DNA of 12,273 nucleotides, taken from assembly GCA_037142195.1 (NCBI GenBank), contig JBAXBA010000101.1, positions 1 to 12,273 on the forward strand, read 5' to 3'. The notes beneath the pieces were generated by a model. That model was not told where the DNA came from. It did not search any database and saw nothing but the letters and a program-made list of their open reading frames with translations. This stretch comes from Pseudomonadota bacterium (GTDB lineage Bacteria; Bdellovibrionota_B; Oligoflexia; Oligoflexales; CAIMVM01). Position numbers and translations under genes: made by a program. Positions within the stretch are counted from its first letter, which is position 1. Each line of letters begins with the position of its first letter. Shown here one piece after another: positions 1-7,653 of the stretch.

Positions 1-311
1 TAACTATCAGTATAGGCAGGCCAAAGCAGCATGACTTTTACTGGAAACTTCTGTTCTTAGATCTCTTTTTGGAAAGGCGCAAAAATTTACTGGATAGTGT
101 GTTCCTCGTTCTCCCGACTTAAATTAGGAAAAGGAAGCACTTGCTAGTTAAGATTCTATTTCAAGGATGTCTTTTATTTTTGTAGCTTTGCCAGGTCTGG
201 AATGAAATCAGGCCGTGATTTTAAGGGAGCGACTATGAGAGGCCGAGGCTCGGCTTGGCAGATCTCAGGATTTTTACTTGGTTTTTCCAGATAAGTTACT
301 TGGTTTTAGAC

Positions 312-1166
312 CTAAAATCTAAGTGCGGCTCCGCCCCAAATCGCAAAATACATGTCCACCCCACCTGGGACCCCAAGAAGGGTATAATTTCTGACCTCGA
401 GTTTTACACTTAAGAGTTTTCCAAAATGAAATTGCTGTCCTATTCCAGCAGTGATCATGGGACTTGTGGTAGCGGTAGGTGTAGGTCGGCCATTTTTGCC
501 GTACTCTGAGGTTTCTTCTGCCCCCACTCCAGGTACTGTGCCAGATGAACCTTCACCTGGAAATGGTCCGCGGTAAGCTCTGCCATCACTGGCCGTTTTT
601 TTTACCCCGTAATAGTCGCTCATCATGACTCCGCCGCCTAAGGTGGTATAGACGTCAAAGTGGCTTACTGCTGACATAAAAAAGAGTTGCTTGCCATAGA
701 CGGGAACCCAGACCCAGCCTGCAGAAATGATATTTTTAATCTCTCGAATCGCTGGATAGGCAGGCCCGACGCTGGCATTCTTCTTAGGGTCGGCATTTTC
801 CAGGTCGGCAGCCCCATCTTTGGTGGCGCATTCTGCGCCAACATAACCGCCTCTATCGTTGTAGAAGTTCTCCACGCAAGTCCTGGCAGCTTCATCAGAG
901 TTAAGAGATAAGGCAAACTCAGCGGTGATTCCCGAGGTCTCTGATAAGTAATAAGTGCCATTTAAATGAATCAGGTAGGAAGAAACATAGCTTTGATTGA
1001 GGATTTTCCCAAAATCTGCTGCGAGCTCAAATTTTTTCGCTTTAGGAAACATCTTCTTCTTAATTTCCACGGTTTCCACAGCCGTATCAGTATCAGCAGC
1101 ATGGGATTGCTGTGAAATGAAAAGGATGCATGTCGCAAAAATAACTGAAATGATACGATGAGTCAC
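312..1166 (-). CDS. Outer-membrane beta-barrel protein, resembling the myxobacterial/Bdellovibrio OMP family (TIGR04565 / GltA-B-H-like)
   Basis: 284-aa ORF with GTG start and AGGGG upstream; Sec signal peptide (MTHRIISVIFATCILFISQQSHA|AD); 'IKKKMFPKAKKFEL' segment resembling the family's N-terminal motif; amphipathic beta-strands; C-terminal Phe beta-signal (WGGAALRF). Family assignment is by recognition only. Confidence 0.75.
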   Translation of the reverse strand: MTHRIISVIFATCILFISQQSHAADTDTAVETVEIKKKMFPKAKKFELAADFGKILNQSYVSSYLIHLNGTYYLSETSGITAEFALSLNSDEAARTCVENFYNDRGGYVGAECATKDGAADLENADPKKNASVGPAYPAIREIKNIISAGWVWVPVYGKQLFFMSAVSHFDVYTTLGGGVMMSDYYGVKKTASDGRAYRGPFPGEGSSGTVPGVGAEETSEYGKNGRPTPTATTSPMITAGIGQQFHFGKLLSVKLEVRNYTLLGVPGGVDMYFAIWGGAALRF

Positions 1167-1227
1167 AGTCTTGCCCCTGAAAAATTACCGCTGATAGGGA
1201 TTTTAACATATCCACGCCACAAACGGT

Positions 1228-2994
1228 TTATTTAGCGAGAGCCACAAATGCCTCCTCTAATTTAGCAACACGAGCCAGGGCAGTTCTCTTTGCCTCATCA
1301 AGGCTTTGTAAAGACAGATCTTTAAGAGATTGTTTGACGGAAATATAAAATTTAATTTTGGGTTCCGTACCAGAGGGTCTTACGCTTATTTTTGATCCAT
1401 CTTCTAAAAAGAACTGTAATACATCAGATTTAGGTAAGTCGATTTTTTCTGTCGATTTTTGAACTCTATCTGTTTCTAACAGCGTCTCTAAGTCCCAAAT
1501 CTTTGCAATCTTAAGACCATCGAGGGTTTTGGGGGGGGTATTTCTAAAATTAACCATCATAGCTTCAATTTTTTCGGCTCCTTCCTTTCCAGGAAGGACT
1601 AATGTGTAAAGGGATTCTTGGTAGACGCCATGGCGTAAAAAAATCTCATCTAATACTTGAGTCAGGGTTTTTCCTAGGGAACGGTAGTGGGCTAACATTT
1701 CGGCCGCAAGAGAGCAGCCAATGATAGCGTCCTTGTCTCTGACGAAACTATCACACATAAAGCCGTAGCTTTCTTCGCCACCGCAAACAAATTTACGGTA
1801 AGGAGTTCGCTTCCCTGATTCATAAGCTTCAATCAAATCGCAAATCCATTTAAACCCTGTAAGAGTATCTTCACAAGAGGCTCCCCAATGGAGAGCGATG
1901 TCTTTTTCGAGATCACTCGTTACGATCGTTTTGATAACTAAGGGGTCTTGAGGCAAATTGCCCTTTTCCTTTTGGGAGCTCAGGATATATTCCGTAAGCA
2001 GACAGCATAGTTGATTGCCATTGAACTGAACAAATTTTTCGTTTTCCCGCACCACAACCGCAATGCGGTCACTGTCTGGATCTGTGGCAAGAATTAAATC
2101 AGCATGAATTTTTTCTCCTAAGGCTATGGCCATCGCAAGAGCTTCATGATCTTCGGGATTGGGCGAGGCAACAGTTGGAAAATCTCCATTAGGCTTGGAT
2201 TGTTCAGCTACGATGTTTACATCTTCAAAACCAAACATCTTAAGGGCTCTGGGTACCGCCGTGATGCCGGTTCCATGTATGGGCGTATAAACGATCTTGG
2301 GCTGAAAGGCCGGACGCCGTAGTTGAACTCCCGCGAGTCGAGAGAAGTAAGCGTCATCCAATTCATCTCCGACTTCTTTAATCAGACCTTTTTGTAGGGC
2401 TTCGTCATAAGGCGTAAACTTCAGACTGGAGTAGTCCTGAATCGTTCCATAAAGCTTGATAATGGCTTGATCATGAGGAGGAACCAATTGCCCTCCCGTA
2501 TTCCAGTAGACTTTGTAGCCATTGTAGACGGCAGGGTTATGGCTGGCTGTGACACAGATGCCAGCCTGACAGCCAAAATGCCTTACCGCAAAACTTAGCA
2601 TCGGTGTGGGGCGAAGCTCCGTGGTGATGAGGGAGCGTATTCCATAGGCAGCCAAGACTTCTGCAGAAGCCTTGGCAAACTCACGGGCATGATTTCTACA
2701 GTCATGGGAAAGGGCTACCTGTATGGCCACGCCAGGAAACTGTTCTTTCAAGTAAAGCGCTAAGGCTGTCGTAGCCTTTCTGACATTGTAAAGATTCATG
2801 CGTGATGTTCCAGCACCCATAATGCCGCGAAGCCCTCCCGTTCCAAACTCGAGATCGCGGTAAAATCTTTCGATCAACTCGCGTTCATTATTGGAATCCA
2901 TGAGAGATTTGATTTCTTCTCGGGTTTCTTGGTCAAAAGCTTCTGATGAGGCCCAATACTTGGCTCGATTTAAAATGTTGGGATCTATAGTCAC
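1228..2994 (-). CDS. pgm: Phosphoglucomutase/phosphomannomutase (alpha-D-phosphohexomutase)
   Basis: FGTGGLRG, catalytic phosphoserine loop TASHNP, metal loop DPDSDR, sugar-binding GEESYG and RPSGTEPKIKFY are all intact. Start moved from TTG 3006 to GTG 2994 because GGAG lies 6 nt upstream of it. Confidence 0.93.
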   Translation of the reverse strand: MTIDPNILNRAKYWASSEAFDQETREEIKSLMDSNNERELIERFYRDLEFGTGGLRGIMGAGTSRMNLYNVRKATTALALYLKEQFPGVAIQVALSHDCRNHAREFAKASAEVLAAYGIRSLITTELRPTPMLSFAVRHFGCQAGICVTASHNPAVYNGYKVYWNTGGQLVPPHDQAIIKLYGTIQDYSSLKFTPYDEALQKGLIKEVGDELDDAYFSRLAGVQLRRPAFQPKIVYTPIHGTGITAVPRALKMFGFEDVNIVAEQSKPNGDFPTVASPNPEDHEALAMAIALGEKIHADLILATDPDSDRIAVVVRENEKFVQFNGNQLCCLLTEYILSSQKEKGNLPQDPLVIKTIVTSDLEKDIALHWGASCEDTLTGFKWICDLIEAYESGKRTPYRKFVCGGEESYGFMCDSFVRDKDAIIGCSLAAEMLAHYRSLGKTLTQVLDEIFLRHGVYQESLYTLVLPGKEGAEKIEAMMVNFRNTPPKTLDGLKIAKIWDLETLLETDRVQKSTEKIDLPKSDVLQFFLEDGSKISVRPSGTEPKIKFYISVKQSLKDLSLQSLDEAKRTALARVAKLEEAFVALAK

Positions 2995-3073
2995 AAGGGT
3001 CTCCAAGGTTAAAAATTAAAAACTTAGTATCTTCTACAGCAGTCTGGCTTGACCAGAACTAAATCGGTAGATC

Positions 3074-4570
3074 TTAGCAGTTTATTGCGGGAATATGTGC
3101 CAATTTACTCGACAGGTGTGCCGTCGTTTGAACGACTTGCGGATGCAGTAAATAGTGAGCGATGCTTGGTCCATGAAATCGATGAAAACCCGAAGAGTAT
3201 TTGCCCGCTAAAGGTAGGCACGCTTCCAGTTCTGTTGTCGGTAAATTAAGCAAAACATTGGGGGCATAGATTTTAGAAAGATAGGGCCTCAGCAGGTCCT
3301 CATTGCCATGCCAAGCAAGGGCAAAAGAGGCATTGGTGCGGTTCGCCATTTCTATCGCCTCCGCAACTTCCTTATAAGGATAGATGTCAACATTCGGGCT
3401 AAACATCACGGCTCCCTGATAGGAAGAGGACTCCTCAAAGCTTCGAATGATATGAACGCCAGGACGGACAAAAAAGCCTCCGCCCATACCTTCTAGGGCT
3501 TTTCCCCACTGTAGGGTGTCACTGGCCTCGCGAGCTGCCATAGTTTGATACTTTAGAAAACGATCGACTGACTTTTCAGAATAGAGAGGGCCCATAAAAG
3601 GACTCGTTGGGCCATCGGTAGCCCCAATAGAGAGTTGACTCAAAAGCAGCTTAAATTTGTCAGAAAACCTGTCTAAAATGCTTTCTTGAACGAGGACTCG
3701 ATTGGTGGAAGAGCAGAGTTGTCCCGCGCTTCTAAAGGCGCCTGCTGCAATCCAATTTAAGGCAGCATCTATGTTGGCGGATTCATGCACGACGGCGGCA
3801 TTTTTTCCACCGGACTGTAAAATAAGGCGGCGTTCCGGATAGGTTCTACTTTCAAGTCTAATTTCCTCGCAGTGATCTCTTGACCCTGTGTAGAGGACCG
3901 CAGCAACACGTTTGTCGAGCAATGCAGATTTGAAATCATTAAAACCGGCAAATATGATCTGAATTTGCCCTGGTCGAGATTCTACTCGAGCCACTGCTTT
4001 GGCGAGAATAGTACCAAGACATAGGTTCTGCCTCGAGGTATAGATGAGTATTGGACAATTGGCTTGAAGGGCAGCAACCGTATAAAAAATAAAATTTGTT
4101 AGAGGAGACGAAAATGCTAAATATCCCACAGCTACACCCGCTGGCACGGCTGCAAAATCACCTTTAAGATGTCCTAAACGGGCGGGCCCAAACAAATGCT
4201 CTTCCACAAAACTGGCGTTTTGGGTGACCCAACTCAAATAGTCAAGGCAGGCACTGATTTCCATTGCCGCTTCCCAAGCGGGTTTCCCCACTTCTGTGCG
4301 GTAGGCGATTTCAATTTCAGTCCTATACTCTTCGAGGGCTTTTTCTAAACGAGCGATCATGTCGACACGATCGCTCCATTTGGGAGCCTGTTCCCGCTTA
4401 TAAAAATTATCTGCACAGGTTATCGCATCCTCAGTATTTTGCTTGGTGCTAAAAACCTCCAATAAGGGAGCCCCTGTCGAGGGATTGTGCGAGGTCCATT
4501 TGGTTCCTTGAGTGGGCTGAGCCCAACTCCCTGCAATATAGTGGCCGGGCCAAGATGCTTGCATTTTCAT
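3074..4570 (-). CDS. Aldehyde dehydrogenase superfamily protein with divergent active-site motifs
   Basis: ALDH fold motifs: NPSTG, EVGKPAWEA, YTGS, xSGGKN, FRSAGQLCSS (catalytic Cys), MGPL, GFFVRP, EAIEMAN. Start set at ATG 4570 (AGGA 6 nt upstream) rather than 4603. Substrate unknown. Confidence 0.85.
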   Translation of the reverse strand: MKMQASWPGHYIAGSWAQPTQGTKWTSHNPSTGAPLLEVFSTKQNTEDAITCADNFYKREQAPKWSDRVDMIARLEKALEEYRTEIEIAYRTEVGKPAWEAAMEISACLDYLSWVTQNASFVEEHLFGPARLGHLKGDFAAVPAGVAVGYLAFSSPLTNFIFYTVAALQANCPILIYTSRQNLCLGTILAKAVARVESRPGQIQIIFAGFNDFKSALLDKRVAAVLYTGSRDHCEEIRLESRTYPERRLILQSGGKNAAVVHESANIDAALNWIAAGAFRSAGQLCSSTNRVLVQESILDRFSDKFKLLLSQLSIGATDGPTSPFMGPLYSEKSVDRFLKYQTMAAREASDTLQWGKALEGMGGGFFVRPGVHIIRSFEESSSYQGAVMFSPNVDIYPYKEVAEAIEMANRTNASFALAWHGNEDLLRPYLSKIYAPNVLLNLPTTELEACLPLAGKYSSGFHRFHGPSIAHYLLHPQVVQTTAHLSSKLAHIPAINC

Positions 4571-4617
4571 AAATAGTCCTACAAAGTCGATTTTTAACTG
4601 CATGGGCCTGAGTACAG

Positions 4618-4627
4618 TGCTATTATA
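4618..4627. promoter_or_regulatory. Candidate overlapping -10 elements of a divergent promoter
   Basis: In the 95-bp gap between divergent genes: TGcTATTAT (extended -10-like) on + at 4618-4626 and TATAAT on - at 4627-4622. No convincing -35. Confidence 0.3.
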
Positions 4628-4665
4628 AATCAGAACACCAATTTTATCTTCGTGGAAGTTTCACT

Positions 4666-5724
4666 ATGTCTGACCAAGTGCCCACAAAAAATGTCTGGCC
4701 TGACCAATGGTTTGTTAGCGACGGTCTTAATATTGAGGGTCCGTTGACCGCAAATGATGCATTTTCATCTGTAGAAAAAGTGTCAGAAATCTTTGATTCT
4801 ATTGAAAAATCCAAAATAAGCACCCAGCTGTTGGTGTCGCGAAAAGGGTTTACCAAATGGTATAAATATTCTGAACTTCATAATCTTTATATTCATGGTC
4901 GGGCAGAAAGTCAGTCTATCGTTGCGAATCTTAGAAATGATATCATCCTTGAAATCGATCGGATGAAGACTTTGCTTCCCACCGAAAAAAATTTAGACTC
5001 CTATGCAAGCCAGAGCCCTGAGAGTATTTATGCATCGATTCAGCCAGAGGGCGAAACTCATATGTTTGCCGGGGCTAGTGGATTCGAGACCTTTTCTAAT
5101 CCGCTCTCTAATCCGCTCTCTAATCCGCTCTCTAATCCGCTCTCTAATCCGCTCTCCAAGCCCCAGCCTGTCCAAAATGGCATCCCTTCGAATCCAACTC
5201 CTATAGCTGTGGATGCTTCCTTCGTAAATAAGGAAAGAAGCTCTCTCAAGTCAGATGTAAATAGAAGTACATTTTCACTCAAGATAGAAGAAGATCTTGC
5301 AGGCAAGTCCCTTGATTATTTGCACATGATGTTTCGCGGGCGATTGCGAATGGGGGAACTCTCAAGTCCTCTAAAAGTAGCGGCTTCCACACTGGTTCCC
5401 TTTCAGCTGCCAGAATGGATCAGTAAATACTATCAAGAAATACTGTGGCATCTAGACGATGCGCATTTTAAGAAAAAGAGCGTTTCCCCCTGGCTTGGGA
5501 TGATTCCCGTCTTTAATTTAATAGTGTTTTATCGTTTGGCGACTGCGATGCTTGCTGCCGAGATTCAAAATAATTACCGCAGCATCTCTATTTTTAAAGC
5601 TCTTTTTCTATCTTTCTTTCCGCCAGCCGCGGTCTATTATTTAGAAAGAGCTGCTCAAAAGCATTGGATAACCCATTTGAAGCATATTCAGCAGACTCAC
5701 GCTAAGACGATGAAAAACATCTAG
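4666..5724 (+). CDS. Membrane protein with N-terminal GYF_2 (DUF4339)-like domain, low-complexity linker and C-terminal membrane domain (DUF4234/DUF4328-like)
   Basis: 352-aa ORF; WFVSDG...EGPLT...LLVSRKGFTKW fits the GYF_2 pattern; Pro/Ser-rich linker; hydrophobic C-terminal segments WLGMIPVFNLIVFYRL and ALFLSFFPPAAVYYL. Confidence 0.65.
   Translation: MSDQVPTKNVWPDQWFVSDGLNIEGPLTANDAFSSVEKVSEIFDSIEKSKISTQLLVSRKGFTKWYKYSELHNLYIHGRAESQSIVANLRNDIILEIDRMKTLLPTEKNLDSYASQSPESIYASIQPEGETHMFAGASGFETFSNPLSNPLSNPLSNPLSNPLSKPQPVQNGIPSNPTPIAVDASFVNKERSSLKSDVNRSTFSLKIEEDLAGKSLDYLHMMFRGRLRMGELSSPLKVAASTLVPFQLPEWISKYYQEILWHLDDAHFKKKSVSPWLGMIPVFNLIVFYRLATAMLAAEIQNNYRSISIFKALFLSFFPPAAVYYLERAAQKHWITHLKHIQQTHAKTMKNI
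5095..5154 (+). repeat. Perfect in-frame tandem repeat (TCTAATCCGCTC) x5 encoding (SNPL)5
   Basis: Five identical 12-bp units read directly from the sequence. Confidence 0.97.
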
Positions 5725-5731
5725 TTTCACT

Positions 5732-6009
5732 TCTAGAGTGAATGCTTTTTACGAGTTGAGAAAATTTAAAAGACGTTTCATTTAACCTATTTTCCGACAC
5801 AAAAAGTCAAAAAACTGAGTCCTAAAACATCTTCTCTATTTGTGACTAGTTCGGCCTTGGAGCGTTGAGATAGACGCTTGAAATGTCAGAAACAAGCCCG
5901 TTTCGTTTGGGCGATTTTCTCGCGCAGCTGTCTCCTTTTGAACTAGGCAACAGGTGAAGAATTTTCTCGGTTTTACGTTTGCTCCAAGTGAATTTTGCGT
6001 TTAAAGCGA
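5732..6009 (+). repeat. ~280-bp non-coding direct repeat, copy 1
   Basis: Aligns by eye with 7328-7607, with long identical blocks such as AGAAAATTTAAAAGACGTTTCATTT, GCCCGTTTCGTTTGGGCGATTTTCTCGCGC and GAACTAGGCAACAGGTGAAGAATTTTCTCG. Ends are approximate. Confidence 0.92.
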
Positions 6010-6046
6010 TGAATATTTAGTTTTAGGTAAGGCGTTGGTGTCGTGC

Positions 6047-7087
6047 CTATCTCGCAATTTTCTGCCTTTTTTTCTTCTGAGGGCGCAGCTCAAAACCCTT
6101 GTTAGTTAATCTATACTTCTGCAATCGGCTCTTGGGCTTGTTGGGGATAGTCCTCTCTATCAAGCCTTCATCTAAAGCAGGTTTGAGATAGCGATCTCCA
6201 AATGATTTGCGATCGGAAAGCTTAAGGGCTGACTGGAGCATCTCACGGGTCATCTCTCCTTGGAGTGCAATCAATAAGTCAACGACTTGGGGGGTGACAT
6301 GGGGGGCGACTTGGGGGGTGAGCGAATTAATAGCATCCAAAATCATTCGCAACATAAAGGTAATGAAGGCTGCAGAATCCGTTTGGCGCGTGCTTTCCTG
6401 AATAGCTTTATAGTATTCCTGCTGATTTTCAAAAATCAAACTCTCTACAGGAATGTTCGCAAACAAGGGATTCCAACTTGCAAGAATAAGACTTTGCCAG
6501 AGTCGTCCCATACGTCCATTTCCATCCGAAAAAGGATGGATAAATTCAAATTCGTAATGAAAAATGGAACTAGCTATGAGTGGATGCGCGTCGGTTGTGG
6601 CCAACCATCGCAACAAATTTCCCATAAGTAGAGGAACACGGCCAGCAGGTGGAGCCATGTGAATAACCTGCTTGCCAGCCATCACTCCTACTCCACCAAG
6701 CCGATAGCGACCAGCATCATTCATAAGTCCAGTCATCAAAATTTGATGTGCCTTAAGCAAGTCCCGTTCGGAATGGGATTTCCAATTTTCAAAGCGGTTG
6801 TATACAGCGATTGCATTCCTGACCTCTTGTACCTCGCGTGGTGGAGCAATAACTCGCTTTCCTTCTAAGATGGCTGTGATCTGAGCCTCACTTAGAGTAT
6901 TTCCCTCTATAGCCAACGAACCATGAATAGTGCGCACTTGATTGATGCGGCGAAGCTGCAAAGCCCCTCCCCCTGATTGGTCGGAGATTACAGTTAGGCG
7001 CCCCATAATCTCGCTGATTGCCGCAACCAGGTTAAGGATCTCAGGTGTAATCGTATAGGGCGGCTGATAATTTGACTTTGCGCTCAT
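6047..7087 (-). CDS. Fic family protein (class II, putative AMPylase) with C-terminal winged-HTH-like domain
   Basis: Canonical motif HPFSDGNGRMGR; N-terminal auto-inhibitory motif SLAIEGN [(S/T)xxxE(G/N)]; C-terminal YLKPALDEGLIERTIPNKPKSRLQKYRLT. Confidence 0.93.
   Translation of the reverse strand: MSAKSNYQPPYTITPEILNLVAAISEIMGRLTVISDQSGGGALQLRRINQVRTIHGSLAIEGNTLSEAQITAILEGKRVIAPPREVQEVRNAIAVYNRFENWKSHSERDLLKAHQILMTGLMNDAGRYRLGGVGVMAGKQVIHMAPPAGRVPLLMGNLLRWLATTDAHPLIASSIFHYEFEFIHPFSDGNGRMGRLWQSLILASWNPLFANIPVESLIFENQQEYYKAIQESTRQTDSAAFITFMLRMILDAINSLTPQVAPHVTPQVVDLLIALQGEMTREMLQSALKLSDRKSFGDRYLKPALDEGLIERTIPNKPKSRLQKYRLTNKGFELRPQKKKRQKIAR
6284..6319 (-). repeat. Imperfect 12-bp x3 in-frame repeat in the fic linker (TPQV-APHV-TPQV)
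   Basis: GACTTGGGGGGT / GACATGGGGGGC / GACTTGGGGGGT on the + strand. Confidence 0.85.
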
Positions 7088-7183
7088 TCTTGTGAGTCCT
7101 CACACACTGAAAATAGATTTCGAAGAATAACGCTATTAGGGTCCTCTCATTTATTTCAATTTCTATGTAACCTTTTCGAACCT

Positions 7184-7221
7184 AGTGATCTATAACAGAT
7201 CACTCTATTCTAAAATAGAAT
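7184..7221. promoter_or_regulatory. Palindromic operator-like sites upstream of fic
   Basis: AGTGATCT-N5-AGATCACT (7184-7204), immediately followed by overlapping TCTATT-N4-AATAGA (7204-7219) and ATTCTA-N3-TAGAAT (7207-7221). Function inferred from position only. Confidence 0.4.
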
Positions 7222-7327
7222 CAACGAATATTAATACCCCTGTTTCTCGTGAAGATTATTTTAATGTTGAAACATGGAATAGTCGATTCAAAAAGTAAAG
7301 CTTCCTCATTCATGATTCGGCTTTCTA

Positions 7328-7607
7328 TCTAGATGGATGCTTTTTACAAGTTAGAAAATTTAAAAGACGTTTCATTTGACCTATTTTCCGAAGCAAAAAG
7401 TTAAAAAACTGAGTCCTAAAAAATCTTCTCTATATGTGACTAGCTCGGCCTTGGAACGTTGAGATGGACACTTGAAATGTCAAAAAACGCCCGTTTCGTT
7501 TGGGCGATTTTCTCGCGCTTGATCACACTCCTCTGGAACTAGGCAACAGGTGAAGAATTTTCTCGTTTTACGCTGGTTTCAAGTTAATGTCGCGATATTA
7601 AAGACGA
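7328..7607 (+). repeat. ~280-bp non-coding direct repeat, copy 2
   Basis: Same orientation as copy 1, offset 1596 bp at the left ends; differs by scattered substitutions, several 1-bp indels and one variable patch near 7518-7536. Confidence 0.92.
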
Positions 7608-7653
7608 GATTGAAAGTATCGAACAACTCTTAAGAATCCGGAAAATAGAGGCG

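Noticed and set aside
4993..5306. Alternative-frame ORFs with (ERIR)n, (LIRS)n and (LESG)n repeats
   Set aside because: By-products of the stop-free 12-bp repeat inside the 352-aa gene.
5742..5759. Mini-ORF MLFTS* present in both repeat copies
   Set aside because: Only 5 codons, no convincing RBS, and expected from overall DNA similarity.
5896..5930. Hammerhead ribozyme suggested by CGAAAC on the minus strand
   Set aside because: No CUGANGA core in the required position.
5732..7607. Repeats as canonical integron attC sites
   Set aside because: Too long; no conserved RYYYAAC...GTTRRRY pair (ATTTAAC in copy 1 is ATTTGAC in copy 2); homology continues about 80 bp beyond the only paired AAC/GTT; no integrase in the window.
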